DNA of 64,000 nucleotides from an uncultured Saccharofermentans sp. (GCA_963675845.1 OY776634.1:2109052-2173051); one strand, 5' to 3'; positions 1 through 9,906 are shown, counted from the stretch's first letter. Notes: generated by a model from the letters alone, not told the origin. Numbers and translations are program-made.

Positions 1-516
1 GGCAGGATCTACAAGGTCTTGAAATTCAGGACCATGGTCCAGGACGCCGAAGAGCGCTACGGTGCACACCTGTCCAGCCAGGACGACCCGCGTCTGACGC
101 GAGTCGGCAAATGGCTCAGATCCACCCGGCTGGACGAGATGCCGCAGTTCATCAACATCCTGATCGGCGACATGTCGGTGGTCGGCCCCCGGCCGGAACG
201 GCCGGGCCTGATCATCAAGATCGAGGATACGGTGCCGGGATTCACCCAGCGCCTCAAAGTCAAATCCGGCCTGACCGGCATGGCCCAGATCTACGGCCGC
301 TATGACACCAATCCCGAGGACAAGCTGCGCTTCGACATGCTTTACATCCGAAACTACTCATTCCTGCTCGATATCCGGATCATCGCCCAGACGCTTAAGG
401 CGATGATGCCATCCAGCATCTACCGAAAGGACCGGCTGGACGACAATTTTGCCGCCCAGCCCGACGGCTGCGAAAAAGAAAGCCCGATCGTCTCCGATCA
501 ATCTCGTCGAGCTTAG
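1..516 (+). CDS. Bacterial sugar transferase (polyprenyl-phosphate sugar-1-phosphate transferase), C-terminal part; 5' end is upstream of the window
   Basis: Frame is open from base 1. Motifs RLDEMPQFINILIGDMSVVGPRPERP and LTGMAQIYGR match the conserved core of the bacterial sugar transferase family. Codon usage is high-GC like the neighbours. Confidence 0.85.
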   Translation, partial: GRIYKVLKFRTMVQDAEERYGAHLSSQDDPRLTRVGKWLRSTRLDEMPQFINILIGDMSVVGPRPERPGLIIKIEDTVPGFTQRLKVKSGLTGMAQIYGRYDTNPEDKLRFDMLYIRNYSFLLDIRIIAQTLKAMMPSSIYRKDRLDDNFAAQPDGCEKESPIVSDQSRRA

Positions 517-556
517 ATGCCTATTCTGTCGCATTCAGCCACATCGCGGATGCCTA

Positions 557-585
557 TGGTCATTTTAAGCATTTAAAGTTATAAT
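557..585 (+). promoter_or_regulatory. Candidate sigma-A promoter for the GGDEF/HD-GYP gene
   Basis: TGGTCA (557-562), 17-nt spacer, perfect TATAAT (580-585), about 50 nt upstream of ATG 635. The -35 matches only 4/6. Confidence 0.35.
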
Positions 586-634
586 ATATTTCATCAAACT
601 GCTAATCTGACTGATCTGACGTGCGGAGAATGAT

Positions 635-2995
635 ATGAACGAACACGATAACTTGAGCGGAACACAAGAATCGCCGACCCCCGATAAGATGGGTGACTCG
701 TTGAACATTATTCACCAGTCCCCGGTCTGCTTCGCGTTGCACAGTGTGCTCTACGACGCGTCCGGCAATCCGGACGACTACCGGTTCGACTATGTCAATC
801 CGGCTTTTGAGAAAACGCTGAAAGTCCAATCGGAGGAAATCATCGGTCAGACGCTCAGGCAGGTTATGCCGACTGTCACGAACGATTCCTTTGATTGGAT
901 CGGCTTTTACGGCAAGGCCGCCAAAACGCATCAGTTGCAGCGCATCCGTCAGTATTCCGAAGCGCTCGATCTGCATTTTGACATTCAGGTCATTTCCACT
1001 GGCCAGGACACCTTCGCCGTCTGGTTTTCGGACGAGACTCGTCAGGTTACGGAAAAACGCATGCTGGAGAAACTGATTCTATCGGCGGAGGAATTTATTC
1101 TGAGCGCCAACACATCGTTTGACTACCCGCGCCTGGTCGATCTGATCCGCGACCTGTCGGGCGCCAGCATTGCCGCGCTGCACCTGATCGACGCCGGCCG
1201 CCGTGCGTTCTACGTCAAAGCCGCTTCCGGCGCGCCGGAAAAACTCAGGCAGATGGCCGGCCTGCTCGGCCGTGATTCCATCATCGGCATGAATCTGCGC
1301 TATCCGGCTGACATGGAGCAGCAGCGCTACACCTCACAGATCACGGTTTTCGATCATCTCAGGGATTTTGCCAGCGACAGCCTGTCGCCGGAAGACAGCA
1401 GCAGCATTTCAGAGACCTTGGGCCTGGGACAGATCGCCGTGTCGCGTATCCACAACGACCATGAAATGATCGGTACTTTTGTCATGTTTATGGCCGACGG
1501 CAAGCCGCTTGAAAATGAACCCATGATCCGCCTGTTAACCCGCCAGACCAGCCTGATGATGACCCGTCAGCGCGCCGAAACGGAAGTCAGCCGGCTGCTC
1601 AGCCAGTTCGAGCTGGTCTACAACGGTACGCAGGATGGCCTTTGCCTGATCCGGGTCCGCGGCGAGGGCAATTATGTCTATCTCAACAGCAACCAGGCCT
1701 TGCAGAATCTTCAAGGCATCACTGTTCAAAACCTGGACGGCCTCACCCCGGCGGATGTCTTCGACCCGGAAACCTGCAGGCATCAGGTTAGCATGTATGA
1801 CTACTGCACCCACGCCAAGAAGCCGGTCTCGTTCGAGCAGGAAATCTTCGCAGGCGACGAGGTCCGTTACTGGCAGATTACCCTGACACCGGTTGTTCAG
1901 GGCGGCGCTGTCAGCCATCTGGTCGGCTCAGTCCGTGATATCACGGACGACAAGAAGCACCTGGCCCAGATTGAATACATGAGCTACCACGATCAGTTGA
2001 CCGGGCTGTACAACCGCCACTATTTCGACGATACATTGAAGCGGCTGGATACGCCGAGGAACCTGCCCATGAGCATCCTTGTCATGGATGTCAACGCTTT
2101 GAAGCTGGCCAATGACATTTTCGGCCACGGCTTCGGCGACGACCTCCTGAAGACCGCCGCCAACCTGATGACTGATCACTGCCGGGCGGATGACATCATC
2201 GCCCGGGTCGGCGGTGACGAGTTTGAGATTATTCTGCCGCAGACCGGCGAAGAGCAAGCCGCGAGCGTTGTGTCCAGGATCCAAAACGGGATGCAGTCGC
2301 TACGGGTTGGCCCGCTGCCGCTTTCGATCTCGATCGGTGCGGCTACCCGAACCGACTTCAATGAACGCATCGACAGTGTGCGCAAAAAAGCTGAAGACAC
2401 AATGTACCGCAACAAGCTCTGCGAGAGCCGCCAGACCAGACAGGCGCTGCTTGACAATATTATCGCGACGCTCCAGCAGGACCGGATCGAACAGCGCCAT
2501 ATGACCCGGACCGGTGAGATCTGCCGCCTGATGGCCGAAAATCTCGATCGGAATGACTTGAAACCCGAAGACTTGAAGCTGATCGGCCTGCTGCACGACC
2601 TGGGCAAAATCGCGATACCGGGTGAAATCCTGAACAAGCCAGCCTCTCTGAACATCTCGGAGTGGGATGAAATTCATCGCCACCCTGAGCTCGGCTACAG
2701 AATTCTCAGCGGTACAGAAACCCACAACAGTCTGGCGGATATCGTGCTCGGCCACCATGAACGCTGGGACGGCAAGGGCTATCCCAGGGGGTTGGCCGGC
2801 GACGAGATCCCGCTGGTGACCCGAATCCTTTCGATCGCGGACGCTGTTGAGGCGATGACCAGCGACCGGCCCTGGCGCCGCGCGCGGTCGCTTAAATATG
2901 CGATATCAGAAGTTCGGGAGAATGCTGGCAGCCAGTTTGATCCGGATCTGGCAAATCTTTTTGTGAACAAGGTATCTTGTCAAATCGCCCTTTGA
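635..2995 (+). CDS. Multidomain c-di-GMP signalling protein: PAS/GAF sensory region, GGDEF diguanylate cyclase, HD-GYP phosphodiesterase
   Basis: 786 aa. Intact RVGGDEFEIILP with RADD (RxxD I-site-like) five residues upstream. C-terminal LHDLGKI and HHERWDGKGYPRGL are HD-GYP signatures. Confidence 0.9.
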   Translation: MNEHDNLSGTQESPTPDKMGDSLNIIHQSPVCFALHSVLYDASGNPDDYRFDYVNPAFEKTLKVQSEEIIGQTLRQVMPTVTNDSFDWIGFYGKAAKTHQLQRIRQYSEALDLHFDIQVISTGQDTFAVWFSDETRQVTEKRMLEKLILSAEEFILSANTSFDYPRLVDLIRDLSGASIAALHLIDAGRRAFYVKAASGAPEKLRQMAGLLGRDSIIGMNLRYPADMEQQRYTSQITVFDHLRDFASDSLSPEDSSSISETLGLGQIAVSRIHNDHEMIGTFVMFMADGKPLENEPMIRLLTRQTSLMMTRQRAETEVSRLLSQFELVYNGTQDGLCLIRVRGEGNYVYLNSNQALQNLQGITVQNLDGLTPADVFDPETCRHQVSMYDYCTHAKKPVSFEQEIFAGDEVRYWQITLTPVVQGGAVSHLVGSVRDITDDKKHLAQIEYMSYHDQLTGLYNRHYFDDTLKRLDTPRNLPMSILVMDVNALKLANDIFGHGFGDDLLKTAANLMTDHCRADDIIARVGGDEFEIILPQTGEEQAASVVSRIQNGMQSLRVGPLPLSISIGAATRTDFNERIDSVRKKAEDTMYRNKLCESRQTRQALLDNIIATLQQDRIEQRHMTRTGEICRLMAENLDRNDLKPEDLKLIGLLHDLGKIAIPGEILNKPASLNISEWDEIHRHPELGYRILSGTETHNSLADIVLGHHERWDGKGYPRGLAGDEIPLVTRILSIADAVEAMTSDRPWRRARSLKYAISEVRENAGSQFDPDLANLFVNKVSCQIAL

Positions 2996-3090
2996 GCGTT
3001 CTTAAATGCAACAATGCTATACAGACTGCACAAATATTAATTGAAAAATACAGTTAACAAAACAAAAACATTTGAATTACATAGAATGTA

Positions 3091-3119
3091 TTGACAACGA
3101 GTGCTTGAGCTATTACAAT
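3091..3119 (+). promoter_or_regulatory. Sigma-A promoter of the flagellar operon leader
   Basis: TTGACA (3091-3096), 17-nt spacer, TACAAT (3114-3119). It lies about 25 nt upstream of the riboswitch aptamer. Confidence 0.7.
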
Positions 3120-3143
3120 CATCAATGTCAAAAAAATGTGAAT

Positions 3144-3232
3144 GTTCCGACAAGGGCAGAACAAGTGAAAGCTTGCGACGCAAAACTACGGGCCTAAAGA
3201 CATGAAGTCCATGGCAGCCAGTTACCGGACAA
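3144..3232 (+). promoter_or_regulatory. c-di-GMP-I (GEMM-I) riboswitch aptamer in the flgB leader
   Basis: ACAAGGGCAGAACAAGUGAAAGCUUGCGACGCAAAACUACGGGCCUAAAGACAUGAAGUCCAUGGCAGCCAGUUACCGGACAA aligns by eye with the V. cholerae Vc2 aptamer. Shared elements: GGGCA.A, GAAA tetraloop hairpin, GACGCAAA, CGGGCCUAAA, GUUACCG. Confidence 0.8.
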
Positions 3233-3261
3233 GAGAGTTAGATCTTTCTTTGTTTTGAGTA

Positions 3262-3296
3262 CAGCGGCTGACGAGAATCGGCCGCTGTTTTGTTTT
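3262..3296 (+). terminator. Intrinsic terminator, probable riboswitch expression platform
   Basis: Stem cagcggctga / tcggccgctg (10 bp including one G-U), 6-nt loop, then TTTTGTTTT (3288-3296). It sits 30 nt after the aptamer and 170 nt before flgB. Confidence 0.8.
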
Positions 3297-3467
3297 AACC
3301 CTTCTGAGAAGCCATCACCAAACTTCGAATCGCTCGTCAAGGATTGATGTTGTGATCTTATTTAAGTTTGTCTTTTTGACCTGACCGCATGGATGCAACA
3401 TCGAACGACAGGGATGTCATCGCCTATACGCAGGATGCCGCAGGGCTGTCTGCCGGGAGGATGACAA

Positions 3468-3932
3468 ATGCTGGAGCGACTTTTAAACCCAGTCCAAACC
3501 TTGGAGCGTGGCCTGGATGCCGTTTCACTCAACGGAGAGGCCATCGCCAGTAATATCGCTAATGCCGACACGGTCGGCTACCAGGCGAAATCTGTCGATT
3601 TCGCCCAGGTTTTTCAAAACGCTATCGCTGTCGATGGCGTCAATTCATCAAATACTGCAAAAACCCAAACCTACAAGTCATGGCTGGAGAATAGCGATGA
3701 CTCATTTCGCCTGCCGTCTGTCCAATCGCACGCCGTGGCTGCAGCTGCGGCGGATTTGGATTTTGATGTCTCCAGCGAGCCCGCAAGCGAAATCCGTCTG
3801 GACGGCAACAATGTCGACATTGATCAGCAGATGACTGAACTGGCCAAGAACCAGGTCACCTACGAAGCACTGACCTACGCCGTCTCCAAGGAGCTCGGCC
3901 GGATCAGCCAGGTGCTTCGCGATGACCGGTGA
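3468..3932 (+). CDS. flgB: Flagellar basal-body rod protein FlgB
   Basis: Rod-family N-terminus LNGEAIASNIANADTVGYQAK. GGGAGGA lies upstream of the ATG. First gene of the operon. Confidence 0.93.
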   Translation: MLERLLNPVQTLERGLDAVSLNGEAIASNIANADTVGYQAKSVDFAQVFQNAIAVDGVNSSNTAKTQTYKSWLENSDDSFRLPSVQSHAVAAAAADLDFDVSSEPASEIRLDGNNVDIDQQMTELAKNQVTYEALTYAVSKELGRISQVLRDDR

Positions 3933-3954
3933 ATTTTGCGTGAGGTAAAACGCC

Positions 3955-4374
3955 ATGGGATTTTTCAACTCAATGAACATCAGCGGATCCGGCCTGACCG
4001 CCCAAAGTCTGAGGCTGGACGTCATTGCCGAAAACATCGCCAACGTCGATACGACAAGAACCGGCGACGGAACAGCCTACCAGCGCAAAACGGTCGTACT
4101 GGGCGAGAAACAGGCCGATTTCGCCGACCTGATGGACAAAGCCCGGGGCGGCGTCGAAGTGCGAAAGATCGCCGAAGACCCGACAACTGGCGAACTGGTC
4201 TACAACCCGGATCACCCGGATGCCGACGAGCAAGGGTACGTCGAGATGCCCAATGTCGACATCACGACGGAATACGTCGACCTGATCTCGGCGTCCCGGT
4301 CTTACGAAGCCAACCTGACTGTCATGAACGCCGCCAAGCGGATGGCCGTCAAGGCTCTCGAGATCGGCCGATAA
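3955..4374 (+). CDS. flgC: Flagellar basal-body rod protein FlgC
   Basis: MGFFNSMNISGSGLTAQSLRLDVIAENIANVDTTRT and C-terminal SRSYEANLTVMNAAKRM. Confidence 0.95.
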   Translation: MGFFNSMNISGSGLTAQSLRLDVIAENIANVDTTRTGDGTAYQRKTVVLGEKQADFADLMDKARGGVEVRKIAEDPTTGELVYNPDHPDADEQGYVEMPNVDITTEYVDLISASRSYEANLTVMNAAKRMAVKALEIGR

Positions 4375-4401
4375 TCGAAAACTCAAGGAGGACGAAGACC
4401 T

Positions 4402-4707
4402 ATGACCACCATCAATCCGGCGCTGAGTGCGACTGGCAGCCTGAACCAACTGGACAGCATTGGCAAAACCCGGGACGCCGGCGGCGGCGAAGCCTTCACC
4501 GAGACACTGAACAATGCCCTCTCACAGGTTTCGAGCGCTGAGCAACAGGCGTATACGGAAAGCCTCCAGCTGCTGACCGGCGATTCCGGCAACATCCACA
4601 ATGTCGTCCTGGCCGCCGAAAAGGCGGATATCGCTTTGCAGCTGACCATGCAGGTTCGCAACAAGGTGCTGGACGCCTACAACGACATGATGCGGATGCA
4701 GATCTAA
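4402..4707 (+). CDS. fliE: Flagellar hook-basal body complex protein FliE
   Basis: 101 aa. C-terminal LQLTMQVRNKVLDAYNDMMRMQI. AAGGAGGA RBS. Position is between flgC and fliF. Confidence 0.9.
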   Translation: MTTINPALSATGSLNQLDSIGKTRDAGGGEAFTETLNNALSQVSSAEQQAYTESLQLLTGDSGNIHNVVLAAEKADIALQLTMQVRNKVLDAYNDMMRMQI

Positions 4708-4769
4708 CCAGACCGATGCACTGAACCTGACGCCGCTGCCAGCCGGGACGGATCTGGCGCACAACGATA

Positions 4770-6440
4770 ATGGAGCACACAACATTGAGCAGCAACGGCT
4801 TACTGGACCAAATGGGAATAGTCGGAACAGCCATCCGGAAGATTCTGGACGGCTGGAAACAGTTTGATCAGGCCAAACGCCGCCTGATCCTGATTCTTGG
4901 CGTGACCGGGCTGGTTCTGGCTTTGGGCCTGACCGTCATGATCAACACGCCGCATTACGCTGTGCTGTATACCAACTTGTCTGCCCCGGATGCCGGCGAG
5001 ATCCTGCAGCAGCTGGACAAGTCCGGCATTGACGCCAAGGCGGAAGGCGCGGACACCATCTTGGTCGCGGCCGACCAGGTCGATGCCGTCCGGATGGATC
5101 TGGCGGCGTCCGGCTACCCGAAAAACTCAAGCAACCTGGACATCCTGGAGCAGAGCACCGGCTTTGGCATCACGGATGAAGACAAACAGGTGTATCGCCG
5201 CTACCAGCTGCAGCAGGACCTGCAGGCCGCGATCGAAACATTCGACAGCGTGCTGGATGCCAGCGTCTCGCTCAACATACCCGAAAAAAGCAACTTCGTC
5301 ATCGAGGACCAGCGCCAGGACGCGTCTGCCGCGATCCTGCTCTCGCTCAAGGTCGGCACCCAGCTGTCCGCTGAAAATGTCCTGGCGATCGAATCGCTGG
5401 TTGAAAAAAGCGTGCCCGGCCTGACGGCTGATAACATCTCGATCATTGACAGCAACATGAACGTCCTGAACAGCAAGCGCTCGGGCGGGCAGATGAGCAG
5501 CACCGACCAGCTGAGTTTGCAGAGCGAGATTGAAGGCAAGCTCAAGAATCAGGTCCTGGCGCTGCTCCAGCCGGTTTTCGGCAGCGGCAAGGTGCTGGCC
5601 GAAGTCAGCGTCGACCTGAATTTCGACGACTCAACCGTGGAGTCCATCTCTTTCGAGCCGGCCGCCGGCAATACCGAGGGCATCATTTCCAGCATTGACA
5701 AGCTCAAGGAGTCCTCGTCCGGTACGTCAGGATCACCGCAGTCTGCCGGTTCGGACAGCAATGGCGGGTCGGTAACGACCTATGAAGCCACCGGCACCGA
5801 CCAGAGCGACTATGAAAAGACGTCCGAGAGCATCTCGTACGAAATCAATACGATCAAGGAAACGCTGGTTCGCGCCAAAGGCACCATCAATGGCCTGACC
5901 GTGTCGGTTATTCTGGACTCGACAGATGAAAACGCCGCAGCCTATGCCGCCAACGTCAAAAAGCTGGTTGCGACGGCTATCGGGGTATCCGAAGACTACA
6001 TCACGGTCGACAGCCTGCCGTTCCTGGGCGCTGCCGGCGTCGATGAGACCTGGGCAGCCTATCAGGAAACCAATGCCAGGGCCCAGCAATGGGAACAGAC
6101 GCGTTTCTTCATCCTGCTCGGCGCGGCGATGCTGCTGGCCTTCATCCTGCTGGCCGTGATCGTGAAGCTGGCCCGCCAGAGCCGCGAATCCCGGCTGGCG
6201 ACCGTGCCGGACCAGCCGTCTGCCATGAGCGGACGGTCGCGCAGCGAGCTGGCCGCGGCATACGAGCAGGCCAGTCAGTCCGCGGATGGCCAGTCAGCGC
6301 TCGAAGACGACGATATCGCAGCCGCGCTGATCAACAACGCCAATGAGATCCAGCGCAAGAAAATTGAATCGTATTTCGATCGGAACCCTGAAGTCGCGAC
6401 GTCTATCCTGCGCGGCTGGCTTAATGAGGATGCGAGGTGA
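4770..6440 (+). CDS. fliF: Flagellar MS-ring protein FliF
   Basis: 556 aa. N-terminal TM helix followed by YAVLYTNLSAPDAGEILQQLDKSGI, and a second TM near the C-terminus (FFILLGAAMLLAFILLAVIV). Confidence 0.95.
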   Translation: MEHTTLSSNGLLDQMGIVGTAIRKILDGWKQFDQAKRRLILILGVTGLVLALGLTVMINTPHYAVLYTNLSAPDAGEILQQLDKSGIDAKAEGADTILVAADQVDAVRMDLAASGYPKNSSNLDILEQSTGFGITDEDKQVYRRYQLQQDLQAAIETFDSVLDASVSLNIPEKSNFVIEDQRQDASAAILLSLKVGTQLSAENVLAIESLVEKSVPGLTADNISIIDSNMNVLNSKRSGGQMSSTDQLSLQSEIEGKLKNQVLALLQPVFGSGKVLAEVSVDLNFDDSTVESISFEPAAGNTEGIISSIDKLKESSSGTSGSPQSAGSDSNGGSVTTYEATGTDQSDYEKTSESISYEINTIKETLVRAKGTINGLTVSVILDSTDENAAAYAANVKKLVATAIGVSEDYITVDSLPFLGAAGVDETWAAYQETNARAQQWEQTRFFILLGAAMLLAFILLAVIVKLARQSRESRLATVPDQPSAMSGRSRSELAAAYEQASQSADGQSALEDDDIAAALINNANEIQRKKIESYFDRNPEVATSILRGWLNEDAR

Positions 6441-6445
6441 GCGCC

Positions 6446-7459
6446 ATGGCCTATGAGATTGCGACAATTACACCTCGCCAGAAAGCCGCGATTTTGCTCA
6501 TCGCTTTGGGTAAAGACTGTTCGGCTAAGATCTTCCAGCAGCTGACGGACGATGAAATCGAGCAGCTGACCCTGGAAATCGCCAATATGCGGCGGGTCGA
6601 CAACCAATCCCAGTCCGAAGTGATCAAGGAATTTTCAGAAGCCTACCTGGCTCAAAACTATATCCTGGAGGGCGGCATCGACTATGCCCGTGAAATCCTC
6701 AACAAGGCGATCGGGCAGCAGCGCGCCTTCGACCTGATCAGCAAGCTGACATCATCGCTGCAGGTCCGGCCGTTCGACTTTGCCCGTAAAATGGACGCGA
6801 CGCAGCTGTTGAATGTCATCCAGCACGAACAGCCTCAGACCATCGCGCTGGTCCTGTCCTATCTGGACTCGAGGCATTCCGCTTCCATTCTCAGCGCGCT
6901 GTCGCAGGACATCCAGACCGAGGTCGTAGCCAAAATCGCGACCATGGGCAAGACTTCGCCGGAACACATCAAGGAAGTCGAACGCATTCTGGAAAAGAAG
7001 TTGTCCAGCCTCGGCTTGTCGGATTCTACCCGAATCGGCGGCATTTCCACCACGGTCGACATCCTCAACGCGATCGATCGCGGCACGGAAAAATATATCC
7101 TGGAAAGCCTTGGCCAGCGTGACGAGAACCTGGTCGACGAGATCCGGAGCAAGATGTTCCTGTTTGAGGATATCGTCAAACTCAACCGCATTTCGATCCA
7201 GCGCGTCCTCAAGGACGTGTCCAACGACGATCTGGTTATGGCCCTCAAGGGTGTCAAGGAGACCGTAGCGGACTATATTTTCGAGAATCTGTCCAAGCGC
7301 ATGAGCGAAATGATCAGGGAAGAAATGGAGCTCAAGGGCCCCGTCCGCATCCGCGACGTCGAAGAAGCCCAGCAACGCATTGTCGGAACCATCCGCAAAC
7401 TCGAAGAAGCCGGGGAAGTCATCATTTCCCGCGGCCAGGAGGAACAGCTCATTGGCTAA
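6446..7459 (+). CDS. fliG: Flagellar motor switch protein FliG
   Basis: ITPRQKAAILLIALGKD plus a conserved middle and C-terminal domain. The ORF track begins at GTG 6437. ATG 6446, just after the fliF stop, is preferred. Confidence 0.93.
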   Translation: MAYEIATITPRQKAAILLIALGKDCSAKIFQQLTDDEIEQLTLEIANMRRVDNQSQSEVIKEFSEAYLAQNYILEGGIDYAREILNKAIGQQRAFDLISKLTSSLQVRPFDFARKMDATQLLNVIQHEQPQTIALVLSYLDSRHSASILSALSQDIQTEVVAKIATMGKTSPEHIKEVERILEKKLSSLGLSDSTRIGGISTTVDILNAIDRGTEKYILESLGQRDENLVDEIRSKMFLFEDIVKLNRISIQRVLKDVSNDDLVMALKGVKETVADYIFENLSKRMSEMIREEMELKGPVRIRDVEEAQQRIVGTIRKLEEAGEVIISRGQEEQLIG

Positions 7460-7460
7460 G

Positions 7461-8132
7461 GTGCATAAATCTGGTTCCATCACGTTCAATACCGCCCGCC
7501 CGGCCTGTCCCGGCCTGGCGGCCGATGGCAACCGGCAGAACCTATACATTGAGCAGCAAACCGAAGCTGTGCTTGACGAAGCCCGGACCAAAGCGCAGCG
7601 CCTGGTCGACCAGGCTGTGGCCGAATCCATCGCAATCCGGCAGCGCGCTGAGGATCAGGGCCGCCAGGAAGGTTTGGCGAGCGGCCGACAGGAAATGCAG
7701 GCTGCCGAGTTCAAACTCAAGAATCGTGTCGATCAGGCCATTGACGAGCTGGAAAAACGGCTTGCCGGGATCATCGGCGAACTCGAGGGCGATCTGCTGG
7801 ACCTGGGCCTGGCAATTGCCGAGAAAGTCATCGGCATTGAGCTGGACCGCAGCGACTCGGCCTTTTTGGGAGTCGTCGATGAAGCGATGACCAGATTCCA
7901 GCAGGACGACCGGCTTGTTATGAGATCCAGCCGGAACGACTACTGGCGCACCCTGGTGTCCAGCAGCTACGCGGACAGTCAGACAACGCGCGTCGAGCTG
8001 GTAGCCGATGACAGCCTGAATCCATATGACCTGGTGATTGAATCGACGGCCGGCAGCGTGGATGCCGGTGTCAGTACCCGGCTGGGCAAGATCCGCGACG
8101 CCCTGCTGGACCAGACCGGAGGCCCGGCATGA
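7461..8132 (+). CDS. fliH: Flagellar assembly protein FliH
   Basis: Ala/Glu/Gln-rich coiled-coil FliH-like protein between fliG and fliI. GTG 7461 directly follows the fliG stop, whereas the track ATG 7380 would overlap fliG by 80 nt. The stop overlaps the fliI start (ATGA). Confidence 0.8.
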   Translation: MHKSGSITFNTARPACPGLAADGNRQNLYIEQQTEAVLDEARTKAQRLVDQAVAESIAIRQRAEDQGRQEGLASGRQEMQAAEFKLKNRVDQAIDELEKRLAGIIGELEGDLLDLGLAIAEKVIGIELDRSDSAFLGVVDEAMTRFQQDDRLVMRSSRNDYWRTLVSSSYADSQTTRVELVADDSLNPYDLVIESTAGSVDAGVSTRLGKIRDALLDQTGGPA

Positions 8133-9451
8133 GCCGCCTGAGCGCCAGTGGCCATATCGAGCGGCTGCGTCAGATCGACACCGTCGTCTACCAGGGCGAA
8201 GTGACCCAGCTGATTGGAACCACAATCGAATCCGCCGGTCCCGCATCCCGGATCGGAGACATCTGCCGCATCTATTCACACCAGGGAGCTTCGGCGGTCG
8301 ACGCTGAAGTTGTCGGCTTCCGGGATCATGCGATTCTGCTGATGCCGTTCGGCAAGCTCGTCGGTATCGGTCCGGGCTCCAAGGTGGTGGCACTCGGCCA
8401 CTCCCTGATGGCACCGGTCGGCGAACAGCTGCGCGGCAGGATACTGGACGGTCTGGGCCGACCGATGGATTCGCTCGGCCCGCTGGGCAACAGCCAATTC
8501 GTCAGTGCCGACAACGTGCCGCCGGACCCGCTGTCGCGCCAGCGCATCAGCCGGCCGCTGGACCTGGGGGTTCGGGCCATCGACGGCCTGCTGACCTGTG
8601 GCCAGGGACAGCGCATCGGAATATTTGCCGGCAGCGGTGTCGGCAAGTCCACCCTGATGGGCATGATTGCGCGCCAGGCCAAGGCCGACATCATTGTTAT
8701 CACCCTGGTCGGCGAGCGTGGCCGGGAAGTTCGCGAATTCGTCGAGAAGGACTTGAAAGCCGAAGGCCTGGCCAAGTCGGTGCTGGTGGTCGCCACATCC
8801 GACCAGCCGGCGATTGTCCGCCAGAAATCCGCCATGATGGGCACGGCGATCGCCGAGTCTTTCCGCGACCAGGGCAAAAATGTCCTGCTGCTGATGGATT
8901 CACTGACCCGGTTTGCCATGGCTCAGCGTGAGATCGGCATGTCCATCGGCGAACCCCCGGTCTCCAGGGGCTACACCCCATCGGTTTTCAACGTGCTGCC
9001 GCGGCTGCTTGAACGCAGCGGCAACGGCGAGTGCGGTTCGATCACCGGCCTGTATACGGTGCTGGTCGAGGGTGACGACATGAACGAGCCGGTCGCGGAC
9101 ACCGTCCGCGGAATTCTGGACGGTCATATCGTCCTCTCCCGGAATCTGGCGCACCGCGGTCATTTTCCGGCCATTGACGTCCTGGCATCCGTCAGCCGCG
9201 TCATGCCGGATATCGCAAGCCCTGAGCATCTGGCCAGCGCCGGGTTTGTCAAAAGCCAGATCAGCGTCTACCGCGAAGCGCAGGACCTGATCAATATCGG
9301 CGCCTACAAGAAAGGCGCCAATCCGGAAATCGACAAGGCGGTTGAACTCAACCCCGTGATCAACGGATTTTTACGCCAACCTGTCGACGACTTTGAGACG
9401 CTTGAAGAGTCCGTGCGCAAATTGCGCGTCATTAGTGGAGGAGAAGCATGA
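8129..9451 (+). CDS. fliI: Flagellum-specific type III secretion ATPase FliI
   Basis: Walker A GSGVGKST, Walker B LLLMDSLTRFA, F1-ATPase-like length of 440 aa. Confidence 0.97.
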   Translation: MSRLSASGHIERLRQIDTVVYQGEVTQLIGTTIESAGPASRIGDICRIYSHQGASAVDAEVVGFRDHAILLMPFGKLVGIGPGSKVVALGHSLMAPVGEQLRGRILDGLGRPMDSLGPLGNSQFVSADNVPPDPLSRQRISRPLDLGVRAIDGLLTCGQGQRIGIFAGSGVGKSTLMGMIARQAKADIIVITLVGERGREVREFVEKDLKAEGLAKSVLVVATSDQPAIVRQKSAMMGTAIAESFRDQGKNVLLLMDSLTRFAMAQREIGMSIGEPPVSRGYTPSVFNVLPRLLERSGNGECGSITGLYTVLVEGDDMNEPVADTVRGILDGHIVLSRNLAHRGHFPAIDVLASVSRVMPDIASPEHLASAGFVKSQISVYREAQDLINIGAYKKGANPEIDKAVELNPVINGFLRQPVDDFETLEESVRKLRVISGGEA

Positions 9452-9906
9452 GAAAATTTGAGTTTCGCCTGAAGTCATTGCAAAAAGCCAAGCTGACCCA
9501 GGAAAAGGAACTGAAGCGTGACCTGGCCCAGATCGAGTCCCGGCTGGAGATCCAACAGCGTGAACTGCTGGCGCTCGAAGACGCCAAAGCCAGCTTGACA
9601 AACCAGTGGCAGGCCGACATGGCCAAGGGTCTGGGCGCGGCGGCGGTTCGTCAGTTTTCGATCAGCTTTGACCGCCTGAGCGAGCTGCGCGATATCACCA
9701 TTGCCGAGATCGACAAGATCGAGGCCGAAAAGGAAGCCTGCCGCCAGCGGCTGGTCGCCCTGATGAGTGACCTCAAGGGGCTGGAAACGCTGGAAAATGA
9801 ACAGTTTGAATCCTATCTCAAGGAAACCGCCCGCGAGTCTGAACTCGAAATCGGCGATTTCGTATCGTTTCGCCACAAGCCAGCCGCACCTGGCCGCGTA
9901 ATATGA
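9448..9906 (+). CDS. fliJ: Flagellar export chaperone/stalk protein FliJ
   Basis: 152-aa all-coiled-coil protein. Start overlaps the fliI stop. Conserved operon position. Confidence 0.8.
   Translation: MRKFEFRLKSLQKAKLTQEKELKRDLAQIESRLEIQQRELLALEDAKASLTNQWQADMAKGLGAAAVRQFSISFDRLSELRDITIAEIDKIEAEKEACRQRLVALMSDLKGLETLENEQFESYLKETARESELEIGDFVSFRHKPAAPGRVI

Noticed and set aside
3297-3467. Possible invertible flagellar switch, as found between the riboswitch and flgB in Clostridioides difficile.
   Set aside because: The only inverted repeat I could find is about 7 nt (GATGTTG / CAACATC, at roughly 3346 and 3392) plus a GTC triplet. That is far shorter than the roughly 20-bp repeats of known switches, and no recombinase lies nearby.
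3936-4541. A 201-aa + strand ORF, very rich in Arg, overlapping flgC in another frame. Similar alternative-frame + ORFs include 7525-7890, 12317-12646, 17677-18255 and 18591-19235.
   Set aside because: These are out-of-frame overlaps with well-supported flagellar genes. Their composition (R/P/S/A runs) is not protein-like.
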